From the human T2T-CHM13v2.0 reference genome, Homo sapiens: a stretch of 64,000 nt of DNA. Under the pieces are notes generated by a model. That model made no database searches, had not been told where the DNA came from, and was given only the letters and a program-made list of their open reading frames with translations. Numbering within the stretch: the first letter of the stretch is position 1; each line of letters starts with the position of its first letter. Where the stretch lies: the NCBI RefSeq assembly GCF_009914755.1, contig NC_060941.1. One strand, 5' to 3'. The position numbers were made by a program, and so were the translations under genes. Positions 1-21,855 of the stretch are shown piece after piece.

Positions 1-7
1 ATCTTTC

Positions 8-245
8 AATGTATGTAGATATACATCTACATACATACACAATGTATGCATGTAGATATACATCTACATACATACACAATGTATGCATGTAGATATACAT
101 CTACATACATACACAATGTATGCATGTAGATATACATCTACATACATACACAATGTATGCATGTAGATATACATCTACATACATACACAATGTATGCATG
201 TAGATATACATCTACATACATACACAATGTATGCATGTAGATATA
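8..245. repeat. 37-bp AT-rich minisatellite, ~6 copies (ATGTATGCATGTAGATATACATCTACATACATACACA)
   Basis: AATGTATGCA recurs at 41, 78, 115 and onward (period 37); each unit contains the inverted repeat ATGTAGAT-ATAC-ATCTACAT. Confidence 0.95.
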
Positions 246-722
246 ATATACACTGAAAGTATAGATACATATCTACATACATTGAAAGTGTATATATATA
301 CACACATACACACACACATATATACAATTATAAGGGGGGGCTAGAATAAAGAAACCTATATGTTTGCAATACTTTTACATTTTATTTAGAGGTAAAATGC
401 TAACTCTAAGTAGGTAGGTTAGGTATATATTTTGTAATTCCTACAGCAAAAACATAGCACAGATATAACCAAAAGCCAATTAATAAAACATAACACTAAA
501 AAATATTCAGTTAATCCAAAAATAGGCAGAAAAAAGAAACAGAAGAAACCCCCCAAAAAAAGAAATAACCAGAAAACAAATAATAAAAAGGAAACCTAAA
601 TCCAATCATCATCAATCATATTAAATGTAAATGGTCCAAAACACATTAATTAAAAGACGCTGTCAGATTACATTTAAAAGAAAAACGAAAAAACAAGAAA
701 CCATTTGAAAATATAATGATAT

Positions 723-5942
<5,220 letters not shown>

Positions 5943-6709
5943 GTCAAACAGTACATGAAAAAATAATATGATCAAGAGAGGTTCACTGCAAGAATGTAAG
6001 GGTGAATCAATATAAGATCTACTAATATAATTCTATGAATATACACTACTGTAATTAATATGTAGCATGCAGGAGGAAAACTATATGATCATCTTAAAAG
6101 ATGCTAAGATGTCATTTAACAAAATATAATAGCCATATCTGATTTAAAAAAAAAAAACTTAAACAGAAAAAAAATTGAAATAGGTGAATATACTCAACAC
6201 ATTAAAGGTCTCAAACCAACAGTTAACCATTAAATATCTGCAACAGTTCCATTAAATTGGGATAGCATACTAAGATGCCTATCATTATAACTAACATTTG
6301 ACATTGTTTTGGAGGAGGTGGTAGGGAATGCAATTTTTTTCTTTTTTCTTTATTACCCAGGTTCCCATCAATGGTAAAGGCAATGTAATTTGAAGAGAAA
6401 AAGGAGACATAAATATAAGAAAATCAGATGTGTACATGATTCATGTTTGCAGATGACAAAACTTTATTCCTAGAATAAAGTTATTCCAATCAAAGCAAAA
6501 GCTACAAGAAACAATTAGAAAAAAGAATAGGTGGCTGAATTCAAAATTAATTTTTTAAATTAATGAGTTTTCAACTAGAAGCCCCCTAGCAGAGCAGGTA
6601 TTTTCATAGACAAATTAAAGATTAAATAAGATATCATGGCATAAGTGAAAATATTTAACAAATAAATTATACTTCATCCAATTTTGTAAAAAATACATAC
6701 ATATACCTG

Positions 6710-6875
6710 TGCCAGGTGCAGTGGCTCACGCCTATAATCCCAACACTTTGGGAAGCTGAGGCGGGCGGATCGCCTGAGCTCAGGAGTTCGACACCAGCCT
6801 GGGCAACACGGTGAAACTCCATCTCTACTAAAAAATACAAAAAATTAGCTGGGTGTGGCAGCGAGCACCTGTAGT
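6710..6875 (+). mobile_element. Alu left arm plus linker, truncated at a fusion with BPTF exon 1
   Basis: Alu sequence runs to ...GCACCTGTAGT and then switches abruptly to the reverse complement of BPTF coding sequence. Confidence 0.9.
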
Positions 6876-7440
6876 GACTACACCACTTTGTTGACGGCCG
6901 TCCGGACCTGCAGCTGTCCGGGCCAGGTGGCTGCCCCCGCCTCCCCCCGGCCGGGGCGCTGGTGCTGGGGTGGGGCTGGCGGCGGCGGCGGCTTTCTCCG
7001 GCTACTGCTGCCCCCCCTGGGCGAGCTCAGCCGCGTCTTGGGCGCCACCTCAGCCTGGGCGGCGGCCCACCTGCCCCGGCTGCTGCCGCGGTGCCGCGAG
7101 CGGAACCCCGGATGGGTCCGGACGTGGGCGGCGGCGGCGGCGGCGGGGCCGGGGCGCAGCGCTCCGCAGAGGGAGCCGCGGGCTGCTTGGTCGGCCTGCC
7201 CCGCCGGCCCCTCATGTTGGAACCGAGGCGGAGGGAGAAGGGAAAGCGGCCGGGAAGGGGCGGGCGCAATGGGCGCAGTGGGGGCGGCCGGGGCCGGGTG
7301 GGGAGGCCAGAGGGGCAGGGCAGGAGGGGCCCGGCCTGCGGAAGCGGTTGGAGGGAGAAGGCTCAATCCGAATGGCTGGGGCCTCACTGCGGATCGCCTT
7401 CAGCCGCCATCTTGTTTCTTCCGTTACCGGAGCGCGGTCA
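6876..7440 (-). pseudogene. BPTF: Truncated copy of BPTF exon 1 (5'UTR, ATG at 7215, N-terminal codons); probable first exon of LRRC37A3
   Basis: Translates MRGRRGRPTKQPAAPSAERCAPAPPPPPPPTSGPI, then after a frameshift near 7105 RSRHRGSSRGRWAAAQAEVAPKTRLSSPRGGSSSRRKPPPPPAPP...AVNKVV, matching the BPTF N-terminus; the Gly-rich stretch is shortened; LRRC37A use of a BPTF-derived promoter is established knowledge. Confidence 0.9.
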
Positions 7441-7900
7441 CGTGAGCTGAGCAGCCTACGAGCCTGGGACGGGGCGAGGTGGCGCGGCGGCCGCTAGGGG
7501 GAGCGCGGGAGCATTGAGTCGGGGGCGGAGAGCCTGGGGCGCCGGGGCTGGGCGCAGCGCGGCGCGGCTGGACTCCGGGCGCGGTGGCGCCGTTGAGAGA
7601 GACGCGCAGCTCGCGAAATGCCCCGCGGCTAAGGCCTTCGGAGACCATAGTCTCCGCGGACCCCTGGCTGGAGCCCAAAGCCGGCCGGACCTCCTCCCTG
7701 CGTCTCCCCTTCCGCGGCTCGGAGAGGAAGGCAGGAGAGCCCCCAAATATTCCCCTCCCGCCCCCTAGGGAAACTGAAGCTGAAAGAGCCAGCGAAAGAA
7801 AAAAAAAGTCTCGGAGTGGGGCGGCCCGAGCGACCTAAGGGACGGGGCAGCGCCAGCGACCGAGGGAAATTAGTCGGGGTGGGGGAACAGGGAGACAAGC
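6890..7900 (-). promoter_or_regulatory. CpG island promoter duplicated from BPTF; drives leftward transcription, probably of LRRC37A3
   Basis: Very high GC and CpG density, GC boxes, YY1-type CCGCCATCTT near 7404-7413, E-box GTCACGTGA near 7437-7445. Confidence 0.85.
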
Positions 7901-8198
7901 CCCCAGAATTTAGGAAACTCCTAAATTCTACTAAAAATACAAAAATTACCTGGGCATGGTGGCGGGTGCCTGTAATCCTAGCTACTGAGGAGGCTGAGGC
8001 AGAAGAATCGCTTGAACCCCTGAGGTGGAGGTTGCAGTGAGCCAAGATTGCGCCATTGTACTCCAGCCTGGGCTGCAAGAGTGAGACTCCTTCTCAAAAA
8101 ATAAAATAAAATAAATCAAGAAAAGTCTGGAAACCATGCCAACTGGTGAAATGAATAAAGAAATAAATGTTGTCTGGACTGAGTGGCTCACACCTCTA

Positions 8199-8470
<272 letters not shown>

Positions 8471-8724
8471 TCAGTAACATAGTCAGTTACAAGATAAACA
8501 TTGAGCCTGCCTCCTAGGTTCAAGCGATTCTCATGACTCAGCCTCCCGAGTTGCTGAGATTACAGGCGTGTGCCACCATGCCTGGATAATTTTTTGTACT
8601 TTTAGTGCAGACGGTGTTTCACCATGTTGGTCAGGCTGGCCTCCAACTCCTGACCTCAAGTAATCCACCCACCTCAGTCTTCCAAAGTGCTGGGATTACA
8701 AGCGTGAGCCACTGTGCCCGGCCT

Positions 8725-9225
8725 CAATTTGGGTTTTTATGGAAGCTTCATTACAGAGTCATTAATGATTACACCGTTGGCCGTTGGTGGTCAGCTTAAC
8801 CTTCAGCCTCTCTCTCTTTCTCAGAGGTTGAGAGTGGCACTGAAAGCCCTGACCACCAGCCCCAATCCTGAGGCTGTCTAGGAAAGCCTAATCAGTCAAT
8901 CATTAGCATAAAAAAAAGACTTATTTTGCAGATTCTGAGGGTTTTAGGAATTGTATGCCAGGAACCAGGAAGATCAAATACGTGTTTCACAGTCTCACAG
9001 GACCACATAGAGGAGATTGGTCATCAGTGTTTCTCAACAGAAGCGCTTTGGCCTTTTGGACAAGCCAGTTTACACACTGTAGGAAGAAGTTTAGCATCTC
9101 TGGGCCCGGATACCAAAGGCTAGTACCAGCCTCATCATTTTTACAACCAAAAAGGTAACCTTGCCCGCTCCCCATACATTCCCACTAGGAGGTGTCAGAA
9201 CCACTTCCGGCTGAGAACCACTGGA
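8725..9225. mobile_element. MER21-like LTR fragment followed by a MER20-like DNA transposon (~9025-9222)
   Basis: GGAAGCTTCATTACAGAG...AACCTTCAGCCTCTC; terminal inverted repeat CAGTGTTTCTCA...TGAGAACCACTG. Confidence 0.5.
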
Positions 9226-10243
9226 ATACATTTTGGAATATCCAAAAAATGTACTTCCATTTTAAGAAAATAATGTGGGATTGGTGTTTTTCATTTTTTA
9301 ATTATTTGGAGGAAATTGCCAATGACAAGTGCTTGAACAAAAAATCCAAATTACAGACTAGTGTATATATAGTGTGATGTATCCATTCAATTCACTCAGG
9401 AAATGTTTATTTAACACTTAAGGTGTGCCATGCACTGTTTCCATTCCACATTCTGTACAGAGTGGGAAAATATTTGTAGTTTATATCCTTTATATGTAAA
9501 TAAATAGGTCAGTTGCACTTCAAAGCCAACAAATAAAAGTGATCTCTAAATCTAAACCCCAAAGACAATCATTTTTAAACAACTTTAGAATATATCTTGT
9601 ATATATTGTTTTAATGCATGTGTTCATATATAAACACATTTTATACAAAAACAATCTAATGAGGAAGAAAAATTATACTTTGGGAAAGAAGGAGCCGGGT
9701 GCAATGGTTCACGTCTGTAATCCCAGCACTTTGGGAGGCCAAGGGAGGTGAATCACATGGCGCCAGGAGTTCAAGACCAGCCTGGCTGACATAGTGAAAC
9801 CCCATCTCTACAAAAATACAAACATTAGCTGGGCGTGGTGGCGCACACCTGTAGTCCTGGCTACTCCGGAGACTCAGGCAAGAGAATCGCTTGAACCTAA
9901 AAGGCAGAGGTTGCAGTGAGGCGAGATCGCGCCACCACATTCCAGCCTGGGCGACAGAGTGAGACTCTGTCTCAAAAACAAAAACACATTATTGCTAAGG
10001 TAATTTGCTTTTGAGTTCAAGACCAGCCTGACCAACATGAGGAAACTCCGTCTCTGCTAAAGTTTCAAATATGTATAAGTACTGGCATATTTTAAAAATA
10101 CATTTTATTTTCTTTTTAGTTTATAAGATATGTGATTCCTTCTTTACATCTACCTATTTTTATTTCTGCCTCTTTTTTTAAATAGGGTTAATTTTTTTTT
10201 TTTAAATGGAGTCTTGCTCTGTTGCCCAGGCTGGAGGGCGTAG

Positions 10244-10531
<288 letters not shown>

Positions 10532-13500
10532 TGATTTTATTGGCTTTTTTTTTTTTTTGCTTTTTGAGAAGCAGGGCCTTATTCTTTTTCCTAGGCTGCA
10601 GTGCAGTGGTGCAATCACACCCCATCGCAGCCTCCCCCTACCCAGATCAGTAAGTCCTTCCGCCTCAGGCTCCCAAGTAGCTGGGACTACAGGCGCGTGC
10701 CCTGCCACCATCTCTGGCTAATTTTGGGGTGTTTTTTGTTGTTATTGTTGTTGTCATTGTTTTTTTGTAGAGACAAGGTTTTGCCATGTTGCCCAGGCTG
10801 GTCTCAAACTCCTGGGCTCAAGCAAGTGATCTTCCTTCCTTGACTTCCCAAAGTGCTGGGATTATAGGCATGAGCCACCGTATGGGCCCTGGTTATCTTT
10901 TTTTCATATTACACATTTTCATTTTCAAACATTTGAATTTTGCAAGCTTATTTTGAGTGAGAGGAGTGTTGTTTTCTTCTCTCCTGAAGCCCAGTGTAGC
11001 CCAGTCAACCCTTAACTTCCAGCAGGGAGCCAGCGCTTATCACTGCCTCACACACAGCATGTTAGCCTCCCTTATCCCCGAGAAACTCATACTGTTAGTG
11101 TTCAGCCACCACTTCCTCCTTCTGCATCTGGAGTCTAGAAGGCCTGCAGTTTTAGTCCTGCTCACAGTTTTGTGTCTGTTCCGTTGAGATTGTTGTAACT
11201 TATTTAAGCATGACTATGTCTTTTCAATTTCTCTTTTTTATATTTTACTCTCACTTGTATGTTCTTGAAGGGAGAGGGAGGATCAAAGTGTGCGCCCGCT
11301 ATACCATCTTGGTTTTCCCAAAATCTGTCCCACGATGTTATAAAAATATATGAACTAGGAAATGAAACTCAAGGTTTTCTTTCTAACCAAGGAAGAAGTT
11401 CAGTCTCTCTCTATAAATAGAGAAGGGCTGTTGAATAATTTGTCACATTGCTTCTCTTTTGACTTTATAAGACTAGATAGTCTATAGACAGAGAAACAGT
11501 TTCATTAAACCAGGGCCATTCAGGTTTATTTGGTAAAATATTTGTGATATATTTAAAAGCTTCCTGAGGTACTCATGTAATGATTGTTACTAGTATAATT
11601 GGTGCATAGGGCTGGGTGACCCTGCAAAAAAAGAGGCACAGCAAACTTTATTTCAGGTACAGATGGACCTTACCTTTAGGCAAATCCTTGAAATTTTGGC
11701 GTGGGGAATCAGGTTTTTCTGTGGGTTTTTTGTTTGTTTTTGGCTTTTCATAGACAGCTATATGAAGTCTCTGCTTTAGAATCTATAAAACTATAGCTTC
11801 AGAGGCTGGGCGAAATGGCTCATGCCTATAATCCCAGCACTTTGGGAGGCTGAGGTGAAAGGATCACTTGAGGTCAGGAGATCGAGACCAGCCTGGCTAA
11901 CAGGGCGAAACCCCGTCTGTACTAAAAATGCAAAAATTAGCCAGGCATGGTGGCAGGCACCTGTAATCCCAGCTGCTTGGGAGGCTGAGGGAGGAGAATC
12001 ACTTGAACCCAGAAGGCGGAGGTTGCAGTGAGCCGAGATCATGCCACTGCACGACAGAGCGAGACTCCATGTCGAAACAAAAAACTGTAGCTTCAGAGAT
12101 TCACTTAAATTATCATTTATAGGCCAAGAGAGTTGTGGCTCACAGCCTGTAATCCCAGCATTCTAAAAGGCTGAGGTGGGTGGATCACTTGAGGCCAGGA
12201 TTTTGAGACCAGCCTGGGCAACATGGCAAAACCCTGTTTCTACAAAAAGGAATTTGCTGGGTGTTGTGATGCACACCTGTAGTCTCAGCTACTTGGCGAG
12301 GCTGAGGCCAGGGGACTGCTTGACCCCAGGAGGTCGACCCTGCAGTGAGCCATGATAGCACCACTGTACTCTAGCCGGGGCGATCAAGTGAGGCCCTATC
12401 TCCAAAAAAAAGTTTTGTTTTGTTTTGTTTTAACAGGGTCTCACTTTGTCATCTACATTGGAGCACAGTGGTGCCATCACAGCTCACTGAAGTCTTCACC
12501 TCTCAGGCTTAAGGGAGCCTCCAACCTCAGCCTTCCAAGTAGTTGGCACTACAGGCATGCGTCACCACACCTGGCTCATTTTTGTATTTTTTAGTAGAGA
12601 TGGGGTTTCACCATGTGTCCAGGCTGGTCTTGAGCTCCTGGACGCAAGTGATCTTCCGCCCTCGGCCTCCCAAACTGCTGGGATTACAGGTGTGAGCCAC
12701 TGTGCTGGACGAATTTTTTTAAAGAAGGAAAAATAAAATTAATTCGGCCCTTCATTAAAAAAATTAAAAACTCTTTAAAGGAAACGTGGGCTAAGTTATT
12801 TTTCTGAGAGACTATAAGATTTGGGAAGAAAAATAATCATGATGAAACGTTTTGGGAATATTTTTGGTATTTAAAATTATTGTAGAAATTTATAAATGTG
12901 TCAGATTTTGGCTGGGCACAGTGGCTCACACTTGTAATCCAAGCACTTTGGGAGGCCAAGGTGGGCAGACCACCTGAGGTCGGGAGTTCGAGACCAGCCT
13001 AGCCAACATGGTGAAACCCTATCTCTAAAAGAATTTTTTAAAAAAATTTTAAGTCAGATTTTAAGAAATATTCTTATGGCTGGGTACAGGTGGCTCATAA
13101 CTGTCATCCCAGCACTTTGGGAGGCAAAGGCAGGCGGATCACTTGAGCTCAGGAGGTAAGTTACCTGGGCAACACAGCAAGACTCCATCTCTACAAAAAA
13201 AAAAAGTAGCTGGGCATGGTGGTGAGCACCTGTAGCTACTTGAGGGGTTAAGTCAGGAGGATCACTTGAGCCTGGCAGGTCAAGGCTATAGCAAGCCGTG
13301 TTTATGTCACTGCAGTCCAGGCAGGGTGACAAAGTGAAACTCTTATCTCCAAATGAGAAAGAAATCCTCTTGGTCGTAGATATGATTTCTTTACACCAAG
13401 TTTGTTCGTGGATGCCAATCACAATGGGTTTGTCCCTAGGGTAATATAGTTTGCTTTGATCATTTCCAAGAGTAAGTTGTACTACAGGATAGCAGAAGAG

Positions 13501-13625
13501 ATGCACTTAAAAAGTATGGCAAAATGCATATTGAGACAATAGTATGTTGGCCAGACACAGAGACTCACGCTTGTAATCCCAGCACTTTGGGAGGCTGAGG
13601 TGGGTCACCTGAGGTCAGGAGTTCA

Positions 13626-13918
<293 letters not shown>

Positions 13919-14021
13919 TAAAACTTTTTTTTTAAAAATATGAAAAGAGGCTGGGCCCTGTGGCTCACACCTGTAATCTCAGGACTTTGGGAGGCAAAGG
14001 CAGGTGGATTGCCTGAAGTCA

Positions 14022-14370
<349 letters not shown>

Positions 14371-15595
14371 TTATACAGCGAGACAAAAGAAAAAAGAAAA
14401 AAGTTAGTGGTAACAGGATAAACTACATAACCGTATATTATTCCTTCACATTCATGAAGCAGGTCAATTTGAAGCTTGAGGACGACTTCCATTCCTCTAG
14501 GTGAATCTACCAAGAAATGCCTTGGTAGAGCTAGGAGTGCCAATGGTATCAGCAAGGCCAGCCTGGTTCCCTGTGATTCATGGTAATTCTCACTATGACT
14601 TTGACATGATGTTCCTACACTGTGCCTATCAACACTTGTAGACACACTGTATAAGCGTTTGTTACATTTACTTTTTCTTTTGTCATTAGGTCTTTTATTA
14701 CAGAGGCCACTGTGCACTCCACAATCACACACTTACACAGCTCCGCCTTGCCAGGCAGTGTAGACCCTGCCAAGCAGTGTAGACAGATTCTGGATAACTA
14801 TCTTTGCATCCTTCCCCATACCATGTCCCAGATGTTGAACTGAAGCAGCTCCTTCCATGTTCCCTACCCGTTAATTAGCCAGGCCGCTGCCCACATTGTC
14901 ACAAACATTATATTAACTGAAAAACTGGCCCATGCCATATTCCATTATGAGAAATTATTTTAAATTCGATTAAATTCCAATGTTTATTCAGAAAACCTGG
15001 TAGAGATTGAATTGCTCTATGTACCTTTCTTAGTTTTCTTCTTCATAGCATATTTTGACCATTTATCTTCTACACCTGGCTGACCTGCATGGTCCTTGTA
15101 GTGTAACTTCTACTTGGTGTTTGCGCTTTGCTTTGTTTTCAAATTTAAATTGTGAGATACATTTTTAAACCTATCTAAGAAATAGCCCTGATATTGAAAT
15201 GGCTTCTGTGGAATAGGTTTGACAGATGTAAGTCTTTGATTCTTTGGCTTTGGTTTTTGTGCTTGTTACAGTTTTACACACATTCATTCAGAGGAAGACA
15301 TTACCATCAATGTGTTGTTTCTTTTTTCAAATTCCAGTATGTTTTTAAAGACCCATATTTCACTAAGCAGTGTACTTGTTGAAACTGATGTGAGTGACTT
15401 TATGTTTCCACATGTGATAGAGCATCAGATACTGGAGTTTGCCAGGGGTAGAATGGTTGGATTCAGGAATGTTTAGCTGACTCATAGCAGGAAGTTACAC
15501 TGTAAAAAAATGAAGCAAGGCAGGGAAGACAGATTTAAGTACCATGCAGCTCAAAACGACAACTACATTGTCATTTTCATTGTGAATACTTTTAG

Positions 15596-15769
15596 GTTCT
15601 ATATTGGCTGTGATCTTTGTACTAACTGGTATTATGGAGAATGTGTTGGCATCGCAGAAAAGGAGGCTAAGAAAATGGATGTGTACATCTGTAATGATTG
15701 TAAACAGGCACAAGAGGGCAGCAGTGAGGAATTGTACTGTATCTGCAGAACACCTTATGATGAGTCACA
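15596..15769 (+). pseudogene. BPTF: BPTF-derived exon (PHD finger), 174 nt, AG/GT intact
   Basis: FYIGCDLCTNWYYGECVGIAEKEAKKMDVYICNDCKQAQEGSSEELYCICRTPYDESQ; the Zn-ligand His of WYHG is replaced by Tyr. Confidence 0.93.
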
Positions 15770-16475
15770 GTGAGTTCTGATAAGAGCATCACATTTAATA
15801 ATTTAGGAAGCCAAATTGCTCTGACTGGTTACTTATTTACTTTAAAATAAAAAGCAGATTTTTTCTACATTTGTTATACACTTACATTACAAATTCCTTT
15901 TCATTTTTTTTTTCTCTTTTTCCCTTTTTACCTACCCTTCAAAATTTATCTTGCTTCATAGTGAATGTTTGAGACACATTGGGGAAAATGTGGTTTAATG
16001 GTAGATTTGATTCTTCAATATGTAACATAGAAATTAATGAGATTAAAATAGCCTGACTTGTTTGGACTTTATCAGTGTTTGAAATGGTGCTTTATTGCAG
16101 GTTAGAAAAACACTAATTTGGGTATAAGCTTTGAGACTCTGTTATTACCTTACAGGATTTTGAACTCCCATATGGTACAGTACTAGTTGAAAGATTTGTG
16201 ACTTGTTTTCAGCTTTAAAATCAATTGAATGTTTCATATTTATCTTTAAATTGGTTCTCCAAAATTACAGTGTTCTTATAAATTTTTTTACTGCTTGTTC
16301 TTAACATCAAAAATACTAAATTAATGTACTGGAATGTCGATCTTGAAAGTATTAAAACCATAATACTAAAACTATTTTATATCCCAGGGTTTAGCAAATT
16401 TTCAGGTGCATGCTTTATTATAAGTAACATCATCCCATCTGTTTTGAACTCACATTTCCATTTCAGATCTTGCAG

Positions 16476-16668
16476 ATTTTTTATTGGCCGTGATCGGTGT
16501 CAGAATTGGTACCATGGGTGCTGCATTGGCATCTTGCAAAGTGAGGCAGAGCTCATTGATGAGTATGTCTGTCCACAGTGCCAGTCAACAGAGGATGCCA
16601 TGACAGTGCTCACACCACTAACAGAGAAGGATGATGAGGAGTTGAAGAGGGTGCTCCGTTCCTTACAG
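16476..16668 (+). pseudogene. BPTF: BPTF-derived exon (H3K4me3-binding PHD finger plus linker), 193 nt; donor mutated GT>AT
   Basis: FFIGRDRCQNWYHGCCIGILQSEAELIDEYVCPQCQSTEDAMTVLTPLTEKDDEELKRVLRSLQ followed by ATGAGA; Cys ligand changed GCD>GRD. Confidence 0.93.
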
Positions 16669-17026
16669 ATGAGAGCCCCTCTGTGTGCAGCATTTGAAAA
16701 TGAAATCAGCCGGCATAATTTTGGAAGCATTTCTAGGATTTCAAGTTTCCAATGTTAGGATTTCAAGTTTCCAATCTTAGAGTGATTATTTACTGACTCT
16801 CAGCTAGTCTAGTGAAGGGCTTGACAAACTTCAGTCCTTCACATACCAGTGTCATGAGCTTTATCATATCCCCACACCACCTCAGCTTATCTAACACTCA
16901 GATAATCTAACGTGACTCACTTCTTTATACATTTTATTTTTAAAGAAACTTCCTCTCACTCCCATGGATTGAGAAACAGTATGATTAGATTATAGTTATT
17001 ATTTTCCTTATGAAAGACAGAAAGGG

Positions 17027-17680
<654 letters not shown>

Positions 17681-17981
17681 ATGGGGGGAAATAAAAGGAT
17701 ATAGTGCATTGGATTGAAACTTTCTCCTATTTTTATCATAATCACAAGAATTGAAGAAACTAAAAAGGGAATCGTAGTCTCAATGTGTGGTTGAATGTTA
17801 TCTAACATCACATCTCTGCCACCTCATCATTAATCAGCTGTGGTAATGATTCCACACTTTGAACCCATCCCACCTGTTTACAGAAGCAGTTGCAATGCCA
17901 GCATCACTCAGTGACAGCTCACCATGTAGGGCCCAGAATACTGCTTTTGTGACTTCTAAACTTGTGTTCCACCCCCCACAC

Positions 17982-18943
17982 TGTGGGGAAAAGAAAGAGA
18001 GATCAGATTGTTACTGTGTCTGTGTAGAAAGAAGTAGACATAGGAGACTCCATTTTGTTCTGTACTAAGAAAAATTCTTCTGCCTTGAGATGCTGTTAAT
18101 TTATAACCTTACCCCCAACCCCGTGCTCTCTGAGACATGTGCTGTGTCAACTCAGGGTTAAATGAATTAAGGGCTGTGCAAGATGTGCTTTGTTAAACAG
18201 ATGCTTGAAGGCAGCATGCTCCTTAAGAGTCATCACCACTCCCTAATCTCAAGTGCCCAGGGACACAACCACTGTGGAAGGCCGCAGGGACCTCTGCCTA
18301 GGAAAGCCAGGTATTGTCCAAGGTTTCTCCCCATGTGATAGTCTGAAATATGGCCTCATGGGAAGGGAAAGACCTGACCGTCCCCCAGCCCGACACCCTT
18401 AAAGGGTCTGTGCTGAGGAGGATTAGTATAAGAGGAAGGAATGCCTCTTTGCAGTTGAGACAAGAGGAAGGCATCTGTCTCCTGCCCGTCCCTGGGCAAT
18501 GGAATGTCTCGGTAAAAAACCCAATTGTCTGTTCCATCTACTGAGATAGGGAAAAACCGCCTTAAGGCTGGAGGTGGGACATGCGGGCAGCAATACTGCT
18601 TTGTAAGGCATTGAGATGTTTATGTGTATGTGTATCTAAAGCACAGCACTTAATTCTTTATCTTTTCTATGATGCAGAGACCTTTGTTCACGTGTTTATC
18701 TGCTGACCTTCTCTCCACTATTATCCCATGACCCTGCCACATCCCCCTCTCCGAGAAACACCCAAGAATGATCAATAAATACAAAGGGAACTCAGAGGCC
18801 GGCAGCATCCTCCATATGCTGAATGCAGGTACCCTGGGCCCCCTTATTTCTTTCTCTATACTTTGTGTCTTTTTCTTTTCCAAGTCTCTCGTTCCACTTA
18901 ACGAGAAACACCCACAGGTGTGGAGGGGCAACCCACCCCTTCA
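17982..18943 (+). mobile_element. HERV-K(HML-2) LTR5-family solo LTR, 962 bp, with 6-bp TSD CCACAC
   Basis: Starts TGTGGGGAAAAGAAAGAGAGATCAGATTGTTACTGTG and ends GGGGCAACCCACCCCTTCA; CCACAC at 17976-17981 and 18944-18949; AATAAA near 18774; no PBS or gag follows. Confidence 0.96.
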
Positions 18944-19162
18944 CCACACCAAGGTCTTCCGACCAGGCTTTGAGTACCATTATTGCAAAGGAAGCTCATC
19001 TTAGGTAACTTATTACTAGAGCAGAAATCACCTAATGTAAAGTATTTCATGTATCGCATTTAAAACTGACTTTTGGGTTCATTGATGTAGTGACTCAACT
19101 GGGAATCTTAAATGGAATTAGTGTTTTCACTGACAATAAGAATGCCTACTTTTTCATTATAG

Positions 19163-19247
19163 GCCCATAAGATGTCCCGGCCTTTCCTTGAACCAGTAGA
19201 CCCTAATGATGCACCAGATTATTATGGTGTTATTAAGGAACCTATGG
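19163..19247 (+). pseudogene. BPTF: BPTF-derived exon (start of bromodomain), 85 nt, AG/GTAAGT intact
   Basis: [28 protein letters not shown] (parent AHKMAWPFLEPV...); the WPF Trp is changed to Arg. Confidence 0.92.
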
Positions 19248-19390
19248 GTAAGTACATGAGTTGAATATGAAGTTTTTTCAGAAGTCTCAGTGGATATTTT
19301 ATTAACCACAAAATTAATATCTTAGAATACTTTTAGCAAGGCTGGTGGGGGTATAAATTGGTATGGTCACTTTGGAGGGTAAATTGATAG

Positions 19391-21855
<2,465 letters not shown>

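Noticed and set aside
6855-7838. Long + strand GC-rich ORFs over the CpG island
   Set aside because: Stop-poor because of GC content; antisense to the BPTF exon; no recognisable homology
16734-16775. Short tandem duplication TAGGATTTCAAGTTTCCAAT x2 (similar case at ~14750-14785)
   Set aside because: Ordinary slippage duplication with no evidence of function
17982-18943. HERV-K provirus
   Set aside because: The TSD directly flanks both ends and no PBS or gag follows; solo LTR only
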